Shown here: piece after piece, positions 20,225 to 30,142 of the stretch
Layout: each line of letters starts with the position of its first letter
Position numbering within the stretch: position 1 is the first letter of the stretch
Assembly (NCBI GenBank): GCA_046292385.1
Contig: JBKBRF010000009.1
Location: 1 to 64,000 of the forward strand
DNA length: 64,000 nt
Direction: 5' to 3'
DNA from: Armatimonadota bacterium
GTDB taxonomy: Bacteria > Armatimonadota > SYMT01
The notes under the pieces: generated by a model
Databases searched by the model: none
Seen by the model: only the letters and a program-made list of their open reading frames with translations
What the model was told of the DNA's origin: nothing
Made by a program: the position numbers and the translations under genes

Positions 20225-21535
20225 ATGATCCGGATCGGCAGCGTGGCCAGTCGCAACTGCGGCGGAGTGACCCGCCGGGAGCTGCTCCAGGTGGGCGGCG
20301 CCGGCATTGTCGGGCTCTCGCTGGCCGATTCACTGCGGGCGGAGGCGGCGGAGTCTCGCTCCGGCGGCACGGAGCCGCGCGACCGCGCCTGCATCTTCCT
20401 CTGGCTCGACGGCGGTCCCAGCCAGTTCGAGACGTTCGACCCGAAGCCGGAGGCGCCGTCCACGCAGCGCGGGCCGTACGCGGCGATCCCGACCAGTGTC
20501 TCCGGCCTGCAATACAGCGAGCTGGTGCCGATGCTGGCGGAGCGGGCGCACCTCTTCACCACCGTCCGCTCGCTCACCCACAGCATCGACTCGCACAGCC
20601 CGCTGCCGATGATGACCGCCTCCCAGCGGGACACCACCTCCCACGGCGCGGTGGTCACCTACCTCCGCGGGCACCGGGGGAACATGCCGCCCTACGTGCA
20701 CTTGGGGAAGCCGCTGCCGGTGGGCGGGGGCAAGCTGGGTGCGGCGTTCAACCCGGTCGCGGTTCAGGACCCGACCGGGAGCAAGGTCCAGCTTCCCGAC
20801 TTCCACTTCCCCGCGGACGTAAATCCGCTCCGCTTCGACCGCCGCCGCCGGCTGCTCGGCGCCGTGGACGAGTTCCGGCGTGAAGTCGATGCGAATCGCG
20901 GCGTCGCCGAGATGGACGCCTACTACCAGCGCGCGATGGCGATGCTCACCTCCTCCGCCGTGACGGAGGCGTTCGACCTGAAGCGGGAGCCGGAGAAGCT
21001 GCGGGAGCGGTACGGCGGCAGCTTCTTCGGGCAAAGCTGCCTGCTGGCGCGGCGGCTGGTGGAGGCGGGTACGAAGTTCGTCCAGGTGAAGTGGTACGAC
21101 GGTCCCGCCTGGAACGCCTGGGACACCCACGGCGCCGATACCGGCGGCCTGACGCGGATGGAGCAACACCTCTGCCCGCGGCTCGATCTCGGCCTCTCCG
21201 CGCTACTGGACGACCTGCGCGACCGCGGCCTGCTGGAATCGACGCTGGTCGTCGCCATCGGCGAGTTCGGGCGCACTGGAGTGAACAAGCTGGGCGGGCG
21301 CGATCACTGGCCCTCGGTCTTCAGCGGCCTGCTGGCGGGCGGCGGCGCCCCGACGGGTCTGGTGGTCGGCAGCAGCGACTCGATGGGCCGCTACCCCGCG
21401 GACCGTCCGATCTCCCCCGGCGACTTCGCGGCCACGCTCTACCGGCTGCTGGGGATCAACCCGAACGTGGAGGACCGCGTGCGGCCGTTCATCGCCGGCG
21501 GCAGCAGCGTCGACGAGATCGCCGGAACGGCCTGA
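20225..21535 (+). CDS. DUF1501 domain protein (Tat-type leader)
   Basis: TRRELLQVG, LDGGPSQFETFDPKP, GQSCLLARRLVEAG, WDTH, GEFGRT and GRDHWP. Confidence 0.92.
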   Translation: MIRIGSVASRNCGGVTRRELLQVGGAGIVGLSLADSLRAEAAESRSGGTEPRDRACIFLWLDGGPSQFETFDPKPEAPSTQRGPYAAIPTSVSGLQYSELVPMLAERAHLFTTVRSLTHSIDSHSPLPMMTASQRDTTSHGAVVTYLRGHRGNMPPYVHLGKPLPVGGGKLGAAFNPVAVQDPTGSKVQLPDFHFPADVNPLRFDRRRRLLGAVDEFRREVDANRGVAEMDAYYQRAMAMLTSSAVTEAFDLKREPEKLRERYGGSFFGQSCLLARRLVEAGTKFVQVKWYDGPAWNAWDTHGADTGGLTRMEQHLCPRLDLGLSALLDDLRDRGLLESTLVVAIGEFGRTGVNKLGGRDHWPSVFSGLLAGGGAPTGLVVGSSDSMGRYPADRPISPGDFAATLYRLLGINPNVEDRVRPFIAGGSSVDEIAGTA

Positions 21536-21538
21536 CCC

Positions 21539-22537
21539 ATGCCGCGCACGCTCCGCTCGGTCCTCCTGCGCAGCGCGGTCGCAGCGGCGGTCGCCGCGGC
21601 CCTGGCGCCGCTCGTCGGCCGCGCGCAGGAGGCGGGCTTTCCGACGAAGCTCCTGATCGCCTACTCCTCGTTCCGGGACCGCCCGCTCCACCCGCGCCTC
21701 TACTTCTACGAGCATGACGGCGTCGCTCAGGGTCGCGCCGCGGGGGCGCTGCCTCCGATCGACCTCAAGGTAGAGACGCACCCGTCGCTCTCCCTCGGCG
21801 GGAAGCTCTGCGCGTTCGCTTCCGAGCTGGAGAACAACCACAGCGAGACGCTGGTGTGGGACCGCGAGGCGGGTAAGCAGTGGACGGAGCTCCCGGGGCT
21901 GAACACCGACGCGGCCGAGGTCGCCGCGGCGCTCTCCGCGGACGGGCGCTGGCTCGCATTCTCGGCCTGGCAGCGGCCCGGCGGCCCCGCCGGCTGGAAC
22001 GTGCTCCTCTACAGCCTGGAGGAGAAGAAAGAGCTCCCGCTGGGCCTGAACACCGATGAGGACGAGCAGGCCCCGGCGCTGAGCGGCGACGGTCGCTACG
22101 TGGCGTTCGTCTCCTCGCGGCCGGGCGGAGCCGGCCGGTCCGACATCTACCTGTTCGACCGCCGGGAAGAGCTGCTCGTCGCGCTCCCAGGCCTGAATAC
22201 TCCCCATCGGGAGCTGGACCCCTCGCTGAGCGCGGACGGCACCCTCCTGGCGTTCGCCTCGGACCGTCCCGGCGGCGCCGGCTCGCGCGACCTCTACCTT
22301 TACGATCGCCGGAAAGGCGCGCTGCTCCCGCTTCCCGGAGTGAATGAGATCGGCATCGAGCAGAGCCCGTCGCTCAGCCCGGACGGGCGCTACCTCGCCT
22401 TCGTGGCGGAGCGCGCCCGCGGGCAGGGCGAGCGCGACGTCTACCTCTACGACCGCGAGAAGCAGCAGCTCATCCCCCTCCCCGGCCTGAACACCCCCAC
22501 CGAGGAGTTCGACCCGGCCGTCACGCTGCTCCCGTAG
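21539..22537 (+). CDS. Secreted TolB-like/PD40 beta-propeller protein
   Basis: Signal peptide; tandem ~44-aa repeats LPGLNT..E..PSLS.DG..LAF.S.R.GG.G..D.YLYDR; starts 3 bp after the DUF1501 stop. Confidence 0.88.
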   Translation: MPRTLRSVLLRSAVAAAVAAALAPLVGRAQEAGFPTKLLIAYSSFRDRPLHPRLYFYEHDGVAQGRAAGALPPIDLKVETHPSLSLGGKLCAFASELENNHSETLVWDREAGKQWTELPGLNTDAAEVAAALSADGRWLAFSAWQRPGGPAGWNVLLYSLEEKKELPLGLNTDEDEQAPALSGDGRYVAFVSSRPGGAGRSDIYLFDRREELLVALPGLNTPHRELDPSLSADGTLLAFASDRPGGAGSRDLYLYDRRKGALLPLPGVNEIGIEQSPSLSPDGRYLAFVAERARGQGERDVYLYDREKQQLIPLPGLNTPTEEFDPAVTLLP

Positions 22538-22554
22538 ACCAGCGTGGAGTCGGT

Positions 22555-22640
22555 GGTTGCAGGTTGGCAAGTTGGCAGGTTACAGGCTGGGACCACCGGA
22601 GGCGGGGTCCGGAACCTGGAACCTGCCAACCCGGGTTACA
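22555..22640. repeat. GCAGGTT-unit fold-back element (copy B)
   Basis: GGTTGCA GGTTGGCA AGTTGGCA GGTTACA GG faces AACCTGG AACCTGCC AACC, between convergent stops. Confidence 0.7.
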
Positions 22641-23370
22641 ACCGGGAGGGTTGGATCACCAGCTCCGGCACGTGGCAGCGCTCCGGCAGCGCCGCGATGA
22701 AGAGACACGCCTCCGCCACGTCTTCCGGCTGGAGCGCCTTCGCCAGCACTTCCGGCGGCGTGGGCGCGGGCCGCTGCAGGACGAACGGCGTGTCGCAGAA
22801 GCCGGGGTAGACGACGCTGGTCCGGATCCCGTGCTCCTTCTGCTCCGCCATCGTGCCGAGGGAGATGCCGTCGAGTCCCCGCTTCGCCGCCTGGTACGCC
22901 ACGCCGGAGACGGCGTCGCCGCGCAGGGCGGCGATGCTGGAGAGATAGATGATGAGTCCCCCGCCCTGCTCCCGGAAGACCGGCAGGAGCTGCTGGGTGC
23001 AGTGGAAGGCGCCGGTCAGGTTGATGCGGAGCATGTCTTCCCAGGCGTCGGCCTGGATCTCGCCCATCACGCGCTGCTTGATGTTCAACCCCGCCGCATA
23101 GACGAACGTATCGATCTTCCCCAGGTGTGCCTGCGCCGCCCGGATGGCGGCGGCGGTCTGCTCCGGATCGCCGGCATCGCAGGCGAGGCCCAGCACCGAC
23201 TGCCCCGTTTCCGCCGCGATCTGCTCCCCCACTTCCTGCAGCAGGCCGGCCCGCCGGCCGCAGATCGCCAGCCGCGCGCCTTCCCTCGCGAAGTACTGCG
23301 CCGTCTCCCGGCCCATGCCGCTCGTCCCGCCCATAATGATCGCCGACTTACCGGCCAGCTTTCCCGCCAT
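22636..23370 (-). CDS. SDR family oxidoreductase
   Basis: GGTSGMG, INLTG, SS and YQAAK catalytic motif; AGGAGG RBS. Confidence 0.92.
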   Translation of the reverse strand: MAGKLAGKSAIIMGGTSGMGRETAQYFAREGARLAICGRRAGLLQEVGEQIAAETGQSVLGLACDAGDPEQTAAAIRAAQAHLGKIDTFVYAAGLNIKQRVMGEIQADAWEDMLRINLTGAFHCTQQLLPVFREQGGGLIIYLSSIAALRGDAVSGVAYQAAKRGLDGISLGTMAEQKEHGIRTSVVYPGFCDTPFVLQRPAPTPPEVLAKALQPEDVAEACLFIAALPERCHVPELVIQPSRL

Positions 23371-23477
23371 GCGCACCTCCTGTTCGGCGTAAGAGTTGGC
23401 TCCGGGCGCGCGGCGTTCCTGCGAGGGTGTCCCGCGCTAGCCGAACCGCTGCGCCCGGACGGGACACTCACCGCGTG

Positions 23478-24497
23478 ATGCCACTCCGACTTCCCCGGCT
23501 CTCCACCCCGGTCCGGCGCCAGCTGCGGCGACTCGCCCTCCTCCTCGGACTTCTCCTCGCGGTGCTGCTCGCCGACTACGCGCTCTATCGCCTGCTCGCG
23601 CCGGTCGGCGGGCGACCGCTCGATCGCGGCGAGAACGGGCTCTGGCTCCGGTACCACTGGTACTTCGGGCGGAAAACCGACGCGGAGGTGCGGGACCTCG
23701 CGCGGCGCCTGCGCGACGACCGCATCCGCGACGCCTTCTTCCACGTCCGGCACGCGCGGAATGACGGCTCCCTCGCCTATCGCTACCCGGAGGAGGCACG
23801 GCGACTGTTACAGGTGCTGCGCCGGGAGGCGCCGGGGGTCCGCGCCGTCGCGTGGGTCTACGCGGGCAACGAGCGCGGTGCCGCCTGGCTTTCCAACGTG
23901 AACCTCCAGGACCCCGCGGTGAGGCGGCGGATGGTCGAAGAGGCGCGGTGGCTGGTGACCGACTGCGGGTTCGACGGGGTGCAGTGGGACTACGAGATCT
24001 GTCCGGACGGCGACGCCGGGTTCCTCGAGCTGCTCGACGAGACCCACGCGGCGCTGCCCCCGGGAAAGCTGCTCTCCGTCGCCACCCCGATCTGGCTGCC
24101 GGACCCGCTCCCCCGGCGTTGGGGCTGGAGCGACAGGTACTTCTCCGAGGTGGCCCGCCGGACGGATCAGATGGCGGTGATGGGCTACGACACGGCGATG
24201 TACCTCCCGCGCGCGTACGTCGCGCTGATGCGGGCGCAGGCGGTCCACGTCACGCGCGCCGTCCGCGCCGGAAATCCGGAGTGCCGGGTGCTGATCGGCG
24301 TGCCGACCTACGGCGCCGGTCCGCCGTCGCACCACGCGTGGTCCGAGAACCTGTCGATGGCGCTCAAAGGCGTGCGCGAGGGGCTGGCGGACCCCCGCGC
24401 CGCGCCGGAGGTGTTCGCGGGAGTAGCTCCGTTCGCGGACTACACCACCCAACCGGACGAGTGGGCGGAGTACCGCCGGCTCTGGCTTGGCCGGTAG
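23478..24497 (+). CDS. Membrane-anchored GH18-like glycoside hydrolase
   Basis: N-terminal TM helix; GFDGVQWDYE (variant of DxxDxDxE), VMGYD and IGVPTY. Confidence 0.75.
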   Translation: MPLRLPRLSTPVRRQLRRLALLLGLLLAVLLADYALYRLLAPVGGRPLDRGENGLWLRYHWYFGRKTDAEVRDLARRLRDDRIRDAFFHVRHARNDGSLAYRYPEEARRLLQVLRREAPGVRAVAWVYAGNERGAAWLSNVNLQDPAVRRRMVEEARWLVTDCGFDGVQWDYEICPDGDAGFLELLDETHAALPPGKLLSVATPIWLPDPLPRRWGWSDRYFSEVARRTDQMAVMGYDTAMYLPRAYVALMRAQAVHVTRAVRAGNPECRVLIGVPTYGAGPPSHHAWSENLSMALKGVREGLADPRAAPEVFAGVAPFADYTTQPDEWAEYRRLWLGR

Positions 24498-24582
24498 TGT
24501 GATAGTAGCAACCTTCCCGTTTTCTTCCTTGGAGCCGCCGGGTACATCGGACTGTACGAGAGGGACGAGGGGGGAAACAGGA

Positions 24583-25326
24583 ATGAGGACATGGCACGCG
24601 CTCGCCGCGGCCGCGCTGGCGCTTTCAGCGCTGCCGGCGGCGGCACAGGAAGGCAACTTGCGGCGTTTCACGGATACCCCGTCTGATACGAACCGCAGCA
24701 ACCGGATCATCTACGTACCGCTGGGCTGGAGCTTCCCGGAAGCTCGACCGCCGCGGATGGGCTACAACGTCGCGTCCGCCGCCTGGCACCAGGTGCGCCT
24801 CGGTGAAGCCGGGGTCCGCCCGGACCAGACGCTGGACAAGTCCGAGTACTCGCTGGAGCGGTTTGAAGAGGTGGCGAACCGACCCGGCATCGTGCGCATC
24901 GTGATCGAGCGCCGCCCGGTGGAAGGCGGTCAGCCGATCGCGACGGCCGATGCGCCGCCGCAGCTCGGACTGGTGGAGCGAGACACGCTCATCAGCACCC
25001 AGGCGCTGCCGCAGGTAGACCGGGTGGGTAACGGCGTCCGCTACACGTACACGATGCCGCTGCCGGAGGTCGCGCTGCTCGGGCAGAAGGCGACCCTCCC
25101 CGCGGATACCAGCCGCGCCTACGAGCTGCGCCTGAAGCCGGCGGAGGAAGTGCAGCTTCCGCGATACATCACCCGCGCGCCGACCTTCGGCGGCGAGGAT
25201 CCGCAAACGCGCGCGTTGATGCCGCCGCCGACCACCACCGTGAACGAGCGCGTGGCCGGCCAGCGGCAGGAGACCCGCGGCGAGCGGGACCGGAAGGAGC
25301 GAAAGAACCGCCGCGACCGGAAGTAA
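24583..25326 (+). CDS. Hypothetical secreted protein
   Basis: MRTWHALAAAALALSALPAAA-Q signal peptide, high-GC3 codons, basic C-terminal tail; followed by a hairpin. Confidence 0.8.
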   Translation: MRTWHALAAAALALSALPAAAQEGNLRRFTDTPSDTNRSNRIIYVPLGWSFPEARPPRMGYNVASAAWHQVRLGEAGVRPDQTLDKSEYSLERFEEVANRPGIVRIVIERRPVEGGQPIATADAPPQLGLVERDTLISTQALPQVDRVGNGVRYTYTMPLPEVALLGQKATLPADTSRAYELRLKPAEEVQLPRYITRAPTFGGEDPQTRALMPPPTTTVNERVAGQRQETRGERDRKERKNRRDRK

Positions 25327-25338
25327 GGCCCCTGGAGC

Positions 25339-25379
25339 GAGCCCCGCGACGTGAAAACCCAAGCCACGTCGCGGGGTTC
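25339..25379. terminator. Hairpin (probable terminator between convergent genes)
   Basis: GAGCCCCGCGACGTG...CACGTCGCGGGGTTC. Confidence 0.6.
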
Positions 25380-25383
25380 GGTG

Positions 25384-25470
25384 CTTCTGCCCCCGTTCGG
25401 GGGTGAACCTTCTGCCTTCTGCCTTTAGCCTTCTGCCCCCCGTTCGGGGGGTGAACCTTTAGCCTTTAGT
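25384..25470. repeat. CTTCTGC/CTTTAGC heptamer array with two embedded mini-hairpins
   Basis: Seven heptamer units interrupted twice by CCCCGTTCGGGGGTGAA-like inserts; overlaps the dinB stop. Confidence 0.8.
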
Positions 25471-26625
25471 CCCCGGTGTGCGGCGGCGGACCGCCTCCGG
25501 ACCGAACCGCTCGCGGATTCGGTCGAGGGCGGCGTCCAGGCGTTCCGCGCGCGCGTTCTCCTCGGAGAAGAGGGAGAGCTGCCGGGCTTCGGAACGCAAG
25601 AGGTTGCTGGCGCCGAAGCCGAGGAGCCGCAGCGGCCCCGGTCTCTCTGCCTGCCACGCGCGGAACAACTCGTCCGCGCCCGCCCAGAGCGCGGGAGTGT
25701 GGCTCACCGGCTCCGGAAGCGTGGTCGAGCGCGTGAGGGTGGTGAAGTCCGCATACCGGATCTTAAGCGTGAGCGTCCGCGCGAACAGCTCGTGGCGCCG
25801 CAGGCGGTAGCCGACGTCTTCCACCTGGTGCATCAGCACCCCGCGGAGGAAGTCCGGATCCGCCAGGTCGGTCCCGAACGTCTGCTCGTGGCTGATGCTC
25901 TTCGCCTCGGTGTCCGGGGAGACGGGGCGGTCGTCCAGTCCGTGCGCCAGCCGGTGAAGGTGCGCGCCGGCGGAGCCGAGCTCGCGGGAGAGGCGCTCCG
26001 AGCCGAGGCGGCGGAGGTCGGCGATCTTCCGGACGCCGATCGCCTCCAGCCGGCGCAGCGTCGCCGGGCCGACGCCCCAGAGTCGCTCGACCGGGAGCGG
26101 ATCCAGAAGCTGCTGGACCCCGTCCGGCGGGACCACCACCAGCCCGTCCGGCTTGCGGAGATCGGACGCCAGCTTGGCCAGGAACTTGTTCGGCGCCACC
26201 CCGACGCTGGCAGTGAGCCCCACTTCTTCCGTAATCCTCCGCTTCAGACGCGCCGCCGCACCCTCGGCCGGGCCGAGCACTCCCTCGGTCCCGGAAAGGT
26301 CGAGGAACGCCTCATCGATGCTCAAGGGCTCGATGAGGGGAGAGAACTCTTCGAAGAGGGTGAAGACCTGGCGGGAGACGGCGCGATAGTGGGAGATGCG
26401 CACCGGCACCACCACCGCCTGCGGGCAGAGGCGCACCGCGGTGGAGGTCGGCATCGCGCTGCGGCAGCCGAACCGCCGCGCCTCGTAGCTCGCCGCGGAG
26501 ACGACCCCACGCCGGTCGGCCGCGCCCGCCACCAGCACCGGCTTTCCGCGCAGCTCCGGGTGGTCGCGCTGCTCTACCGACGCGTAGAAGGCGTCCATAT
26601 CGACGTGGAGGATCGTTCGGCTCAT
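25459..26625 (-). CDS. dinB: DNA polymerase IV
   Basis: ILHVDMDAFYASVEQ, SYEAR, SIDEAFLD, NKFLAKLASD and KSISHEQTF; start re-called to ATG 26625. Confidence 0.96.
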   Translation of the reverse strand: MSRTILHVDMDAFYASVEQRDHPELRGKPVLVAGAADRRGVVSAASYEARRFGCRSAMPTSTAVRLCPQAVVVPVRISHYRAVSRQVFTLFEEFSPLIEPLSIDEAFLDLSGTEGVLGPAEGAAARLKRRITEEVGLTASVGVAPNKFLAKLASDLRKPDGLVVVPPDGVQQLLDPLPVERLWGVGPATLRRLEAIGVRKIADLRRLGSERLSRELGSAGAHLHRLAHGLDDRPVSPDTEAKSISHEQTFGTDLADPDFLRGVLMHQVEDVGYRLRRHELFARTLTLKIRYADFTTLTRSTTLPEPVSHTPALWAGADELFRAWQAERPGPLRLLGFGASNLLRSEARQLSLFSEENARAERLDAALDRIRERFGPEAVRRRTPGTKG

Positions 26626-26744
26626 CGGTAGACGGAAGGTGGACCAGCACTCCAGAAGATTCTTGCCTGTCCGGCAATCGATCGGCACAAATCGCCGGGA
26701 CCGGTCGTCTTACACTGTGAACCGCCTGCTCCGGAGGTGCCTCG

Positions 26745-28649
26745 ATGCCTGCGACTCTCCCCCACCCCCTGCCGCGCTTCCGTCCATGCCGCCTCGCCCG
26801 CGCCTGGCTCGCCGCCGCTGCCATGCTGATCCTATCGGGCGGCGGCTCGTTTGCCGCACCTCCGGATCCGCTTCCGACCGATCCGAAGCTCGCGGAGCGG
26901 ATCACGCTGCGCCTCCGGAAGGCGCCGCTCTCGCGCGTGCTGAAGGAAGTGAGCCGCGAGACCGGGGCGGCGCTCTCCGCCTCGGCCGAGGTGGCGGACG
27001 AGCCGGCGATGCTCTACGTGACCGACCGCCCCGCCTCCGAGGTGCTGCGCCAGCTCGCGCTGCTCTTCAACTATCGCTGGGCCCGGCGGCGTATCAACGG
27101 CGCGCCGACGTGGCAGCTCTATCAGGACTTGAAGAGCCGAAAGGAAGAGGAGGCGCTGCGAGACGGCGGGCGCGCCCGAGCGCTCGCGGCCCTGCAATCG
27201 AGCCTCGGGGAGGAGCTGCGGAAGACGCTGGAGGATCCCTTCCCGCACCGGCGCTCCCTGCTCCTGGCGGCCTCCCTGCTCCGACGCGAGCACTGGCAGG
27301 CACTGGCGGAAGGGGAGCTCCTCTACTTCAGCTCCCCCAGTGAGCCGGGATCTCTGCCGTTGGCGCCGGAGATCGCCGCCGGGCTGCGGCCCGGCTTCTA
27401 CGGGGAGAACGCTGTCGTGCGCCCGACGGTAGGATGGAGAATCCGGATCTCCCTCGATCTGGAGCCGCGCGGCGGACAGTGGACCGCCACTCTGCGTGCC
27501 CAGGCGAGCACAATCGCCGCGGAGGGATCGACCGGTCCCACGCCGTCCGGAGTCAGCGACCTCCACCTCCACGGCTCGGACGACCCGGCAGTCGCGGAGC
27601 GGCCCCTCCCCGGCGGCGCCGAGAGCCACGCTAACTCGTGGCGGGAGCACCAGCTGCTCGGGCGGGTGCTCCCCGCGGAGGAGCTCAAGCTGAAGAGCGG
27701 CGCCGTCCTTCAGCCGTTCGATACGGCGTTCGACCTGGCGGAGCGGGGTCGTATCGACGTGATCGCTGCCGCCTACCACCACCCGAGCACGTTAGGTTCC
27801 TCGCCGGCGCCTCCGAGTGAGCAGGCGCTCTACGCCGAACTGCAGTCCTGGCGATTCTGGAGCTACCGCTGGCGCACCTCGGACGCGATGGACGCCGGCG
27901 CAGCGCCGTTCCTTCTGCTCCGCAGCCGGAGCTGGTTCCTGATCCGGGAGAGTGAGGTCCCCGAGCGCGTGATCCAGCAGTGGGCCGGTCACCTCGCTTC
28001 CCGCCAGAGCGTTTCTCTCGACGACGCCACAGCGCTCGCCCTGGCGCTGAACGACGGCCAGCTCCGTCAGCTTCCTCTCCGTCTGGATGAAGAGGGAATC
28101 CGGCTCTCCAGGCAGATCGACTCTCCGGACCTGCTCCGGTGCTACGGCAGCCTGCTGCCGGGGCAGCGCGCGCAGCTCCGTGCGGGGGGCGAGGTCCCGT
28201 ATGCCGCCTGGCCGGCCTCCGCCAGGCGGTACTGGCGCCGGATCGAGCGCGGCTTCCGGCTAGGATGGCTCAACGAGGCGCCGCCCGCGCCGGCAAACGG
28301 CCGGCTGCGGCTGCGGGAGCGACAGGTGCAGCTCGTCGTCGCGGAGCGCTCTCCGGAGGAAGTCCGCTACGAGTACCGAGTCCAGGACGCGGAAGAGAGC
28401 GGCGAGGTCGTCGGGGTCGGCACTGACCAGACGGGCTTGAGGTTCACTACAGGGCGAGGCGTCCTGATCCGCGCGGCCGATCCTCGATTGACCGGCGGCT
28501 CCATTCTGGAAGAGGGCCGGCTGACCCACGCCGTGCGGTTCGAGTACGTCGACGAAGAGCGCCCGTACTATCCGCAGCTCATCCTCCCCTACGTCATACG
28601 CCTGCCCCGGAGTGAGCCGGCTCCGCCCGCCGAACCCGAAGCGCCGTGA
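26745..28649 (+). CDS. Hypothetical secreted protein with STN-like N-terminal domain
   Basis: Signal-like segment followed by ITLRLRKAPLSRVLKEVSRETG...EVLRQLALLF; remainder not recognised. Confidence 0.72.
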   Translation: MPATLPHPLPRFRPCRLARAWLAAAAMLILSGGGSFAAPPDPLPTDPKLAERITLRLRKAPLSRVLKEVSRETGAALSASAEVADEPAMLYVTDRPASEVLRQLALLFNYRWARRRINGAPTWQLYQDLKSRKEEEALRDGGRARALAALQSSLGEELRKTLEDPFPHRRSLLLAASLLRREHWQALAEGELLYFSSPSEPGSLPLAPEIAAGLRPGFYGENAVVRPTVGWRIRISLDLEPRGGQWTATLRAQASTIAAEGSTGPTPSGVSDLHLHGSDDPAVAERPLPGGAESHANSWREHQLLGRVLPAEELKLKSGAVLQPFDTAFDLAERGRIDVIAAAYHHPSTLGSSPAPPSEQALYAELQSWRFWSYRWRTSDAMDAGAAPFLLLRSRSWFLIRESEVPERVIQQWAGHLASRQSVSLDDATALALALNDGQLRQLPLRLDEEGIRLSRQIDSPDLLRCYGSLLPGQRAQLRAGGEVPYAAWPASARRYWRRIERGFRLGWLNEAPPAPANGRLRLRERQVQLVVAERSPEEVRYEYRVQDAEESGEVVGVGTDQTGLRFTTGRGVLIRAADPRLTGGSILEEGRLTHAVRFEYVDEERPYYPQLILPYVIRLPRSEPAPPAEPEAP

Positions 28650-28776
28650 GAGCCGCGGCGGCGCCGGGCGGCGAGACCCCGACTCACCGCCTGGCCCGAT
28701 AGCCCCCTGGCGGCGCCGAGAATAGCCCGTGGAGCCACTCCGCGAAGGGTAAGCAAGCATTTTCTTACTGGGGGGC

Positions 28777-28835
28777 TTTACGCCCGTTTCGTCGTGTGAT
28801 ATGAATAGGCTACTTAACCGATAGGGTATATCGGT
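28777..28835 (+). promoter_or_regulatory. Putative sulfate operon promoter with downstream palindromic operator
   Basis: TTTACG-N17-TATGAA (28777-28805); ACCGATA-N5-TATCGGT (28817-28835) in an AT-rich patch. Confidence 0.55.
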
Positions 28836-28997
28836 ATTGCGTGGCGAGCAACCAGAGAGCGTTCGCCGCGGGGCTGACCAGAGCAACTGGAGGCCAGACT
28901 GCACGCCCGGGATCCGGGCCGTGCGAGTTCAAGACCCAGTTGCCGAGGGCTCCATTCAAGGGGCCTGACGCGGTCGAACCCCGAAAGGAACGCTACG

Positions 28998-30035
28998 ATG
29001 AAGTCCCTGGAAACCCGTCTCCCCCGCCGAAATCTCCTCGCCGCCGCTGCGCTCACCCTGGCCGGCGTACCGTTGGCGGCCGCGGTGCGGCCGGTTGACG
29101 CCCAGAACCTGACCCTCCTGAATGTCTCCTACGATCCGACCCGGGAGCTCTATCAGGAGTTCAACGCCGCCTTCGCCCGCCATTGGAAGAGCAAGACCGG
29201 TCAGAGTGTCGGCTTCCAGCAGTCCCACGGAGGCTCCGGTAAGCAGGCTCGCTCGGTCATCGACGGGCTGGAAGCGGACGTGGTGACGCTGGCCCTCGGC
29301 GGCGACATCGACCCGATCGCTGACTCGGGCCTGATTAGCGCCGGCTGGCAGAAGGAGCTTCCGTTCAACAGCTCGCCGTATACCTCCACCATCGTCTTCC
29401 TGGTTCGGAAAGGCAATCCCAAGCAGATCAAGGACTGGAGCGACCTGGTGCGGCCGGGCGTCTCGGTCGTCACCCCGAACCCGAAGACGAGCGGCGGCGC
29501 GCGCTGGAACTACCTGGCCGCGTGGGGCTACGCGCTGAAGAAGAACGGCAGCAGCGCCGTGAAGGCGCGCGACTTCGTCCAGCGACTCTACCGGAACGTA
29601 GCGGTGCTGGATACCGGTGCCCGCGGCGCGACCAACACCTTCGTTCAGCGCGGCATCGGCGACGTGCTGATCGCGTGGGAGAACGAGGCGCTCCTCTCCA
29701 TCAAGGAGCTGGGGCCCGGCAAGTTTGAGCTGGTGGTGCCGTCCCTCAGTATCCTCGCGGAGCCGCCGGTAGCGGTCGTCGACAAGGTCGTGGATCGGAA
29801 GGGCACCCGCAAGGTGGCCGTGGAGTACCTGAAGTACCTCTACTCCAGAGAAGGCCAGACGATCGCCGCCAAAAACTACTTCCGCCCGCGCAACGCACAG
29901 GTGGCCAGGCAGTTCGCGGCCCAGTTCCCGAAGGTACCGCTGTTTACCATCGATCAGCAGTTCGGTGGCTGGCGAAGCGCCCATAAGGCCCACTTCGCGG
30001 ACGGCGCCATTTTCGACCAGATCAGCCGGCGCTGA
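28998..30035 (+). CDS. sbp: Sulfate ABC transporter substrate-binding protein
   Basis: [41 protein letters not shown] and WENEA. Confidence 0.96.
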   Translation: MKSLETRLPRRNLLAAAALTLAGVPLAAAVRPVDAQNLTLLNVSYDPTRELYQEFNAAFARHWKSKTGQSVGFQQSHGGSGKQARSVIDGLEADVVTLALGGDIDPIADSGLISAGWQKELPFNSSPYTSTIVFLVRKGNPKQIKDWSDLVRPGVSVVTPNPKTSGGARWNYLAAWGYALKKNGSSAVKARDFVQRLYRNVAVLDTGARGATNTFVQRGIGDVLIAWENEALLSIKELGPGKFELVVPSLSILAEPPVAVVDKVVDRKGTRKVAVEYLKYLYSREGQTIAAKNYFRPRNAQVARQFAAQFPKVPLFTIDQQFGGWRSAHKAHFADGAIFDQISRR

Positions 30036-30142
30036 TCCGGGACGCGGGGGCGGTGCACAGGGGTCACCCCTCTCCGGCGCCGTCTCCGCACCCCGTCCCG
30101 CTTGCTCTGCGCCTACCCCAGTCCCTCGACCCTGCTCTTCCC

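Noticed and set aside
25384..25470. Repeat-spacer-like pattern as a mini-CRISPR
   Set aside because: Units are 7 nt, the inserts are near-identical rather than unique spacers, and there are no cas genes in the window.
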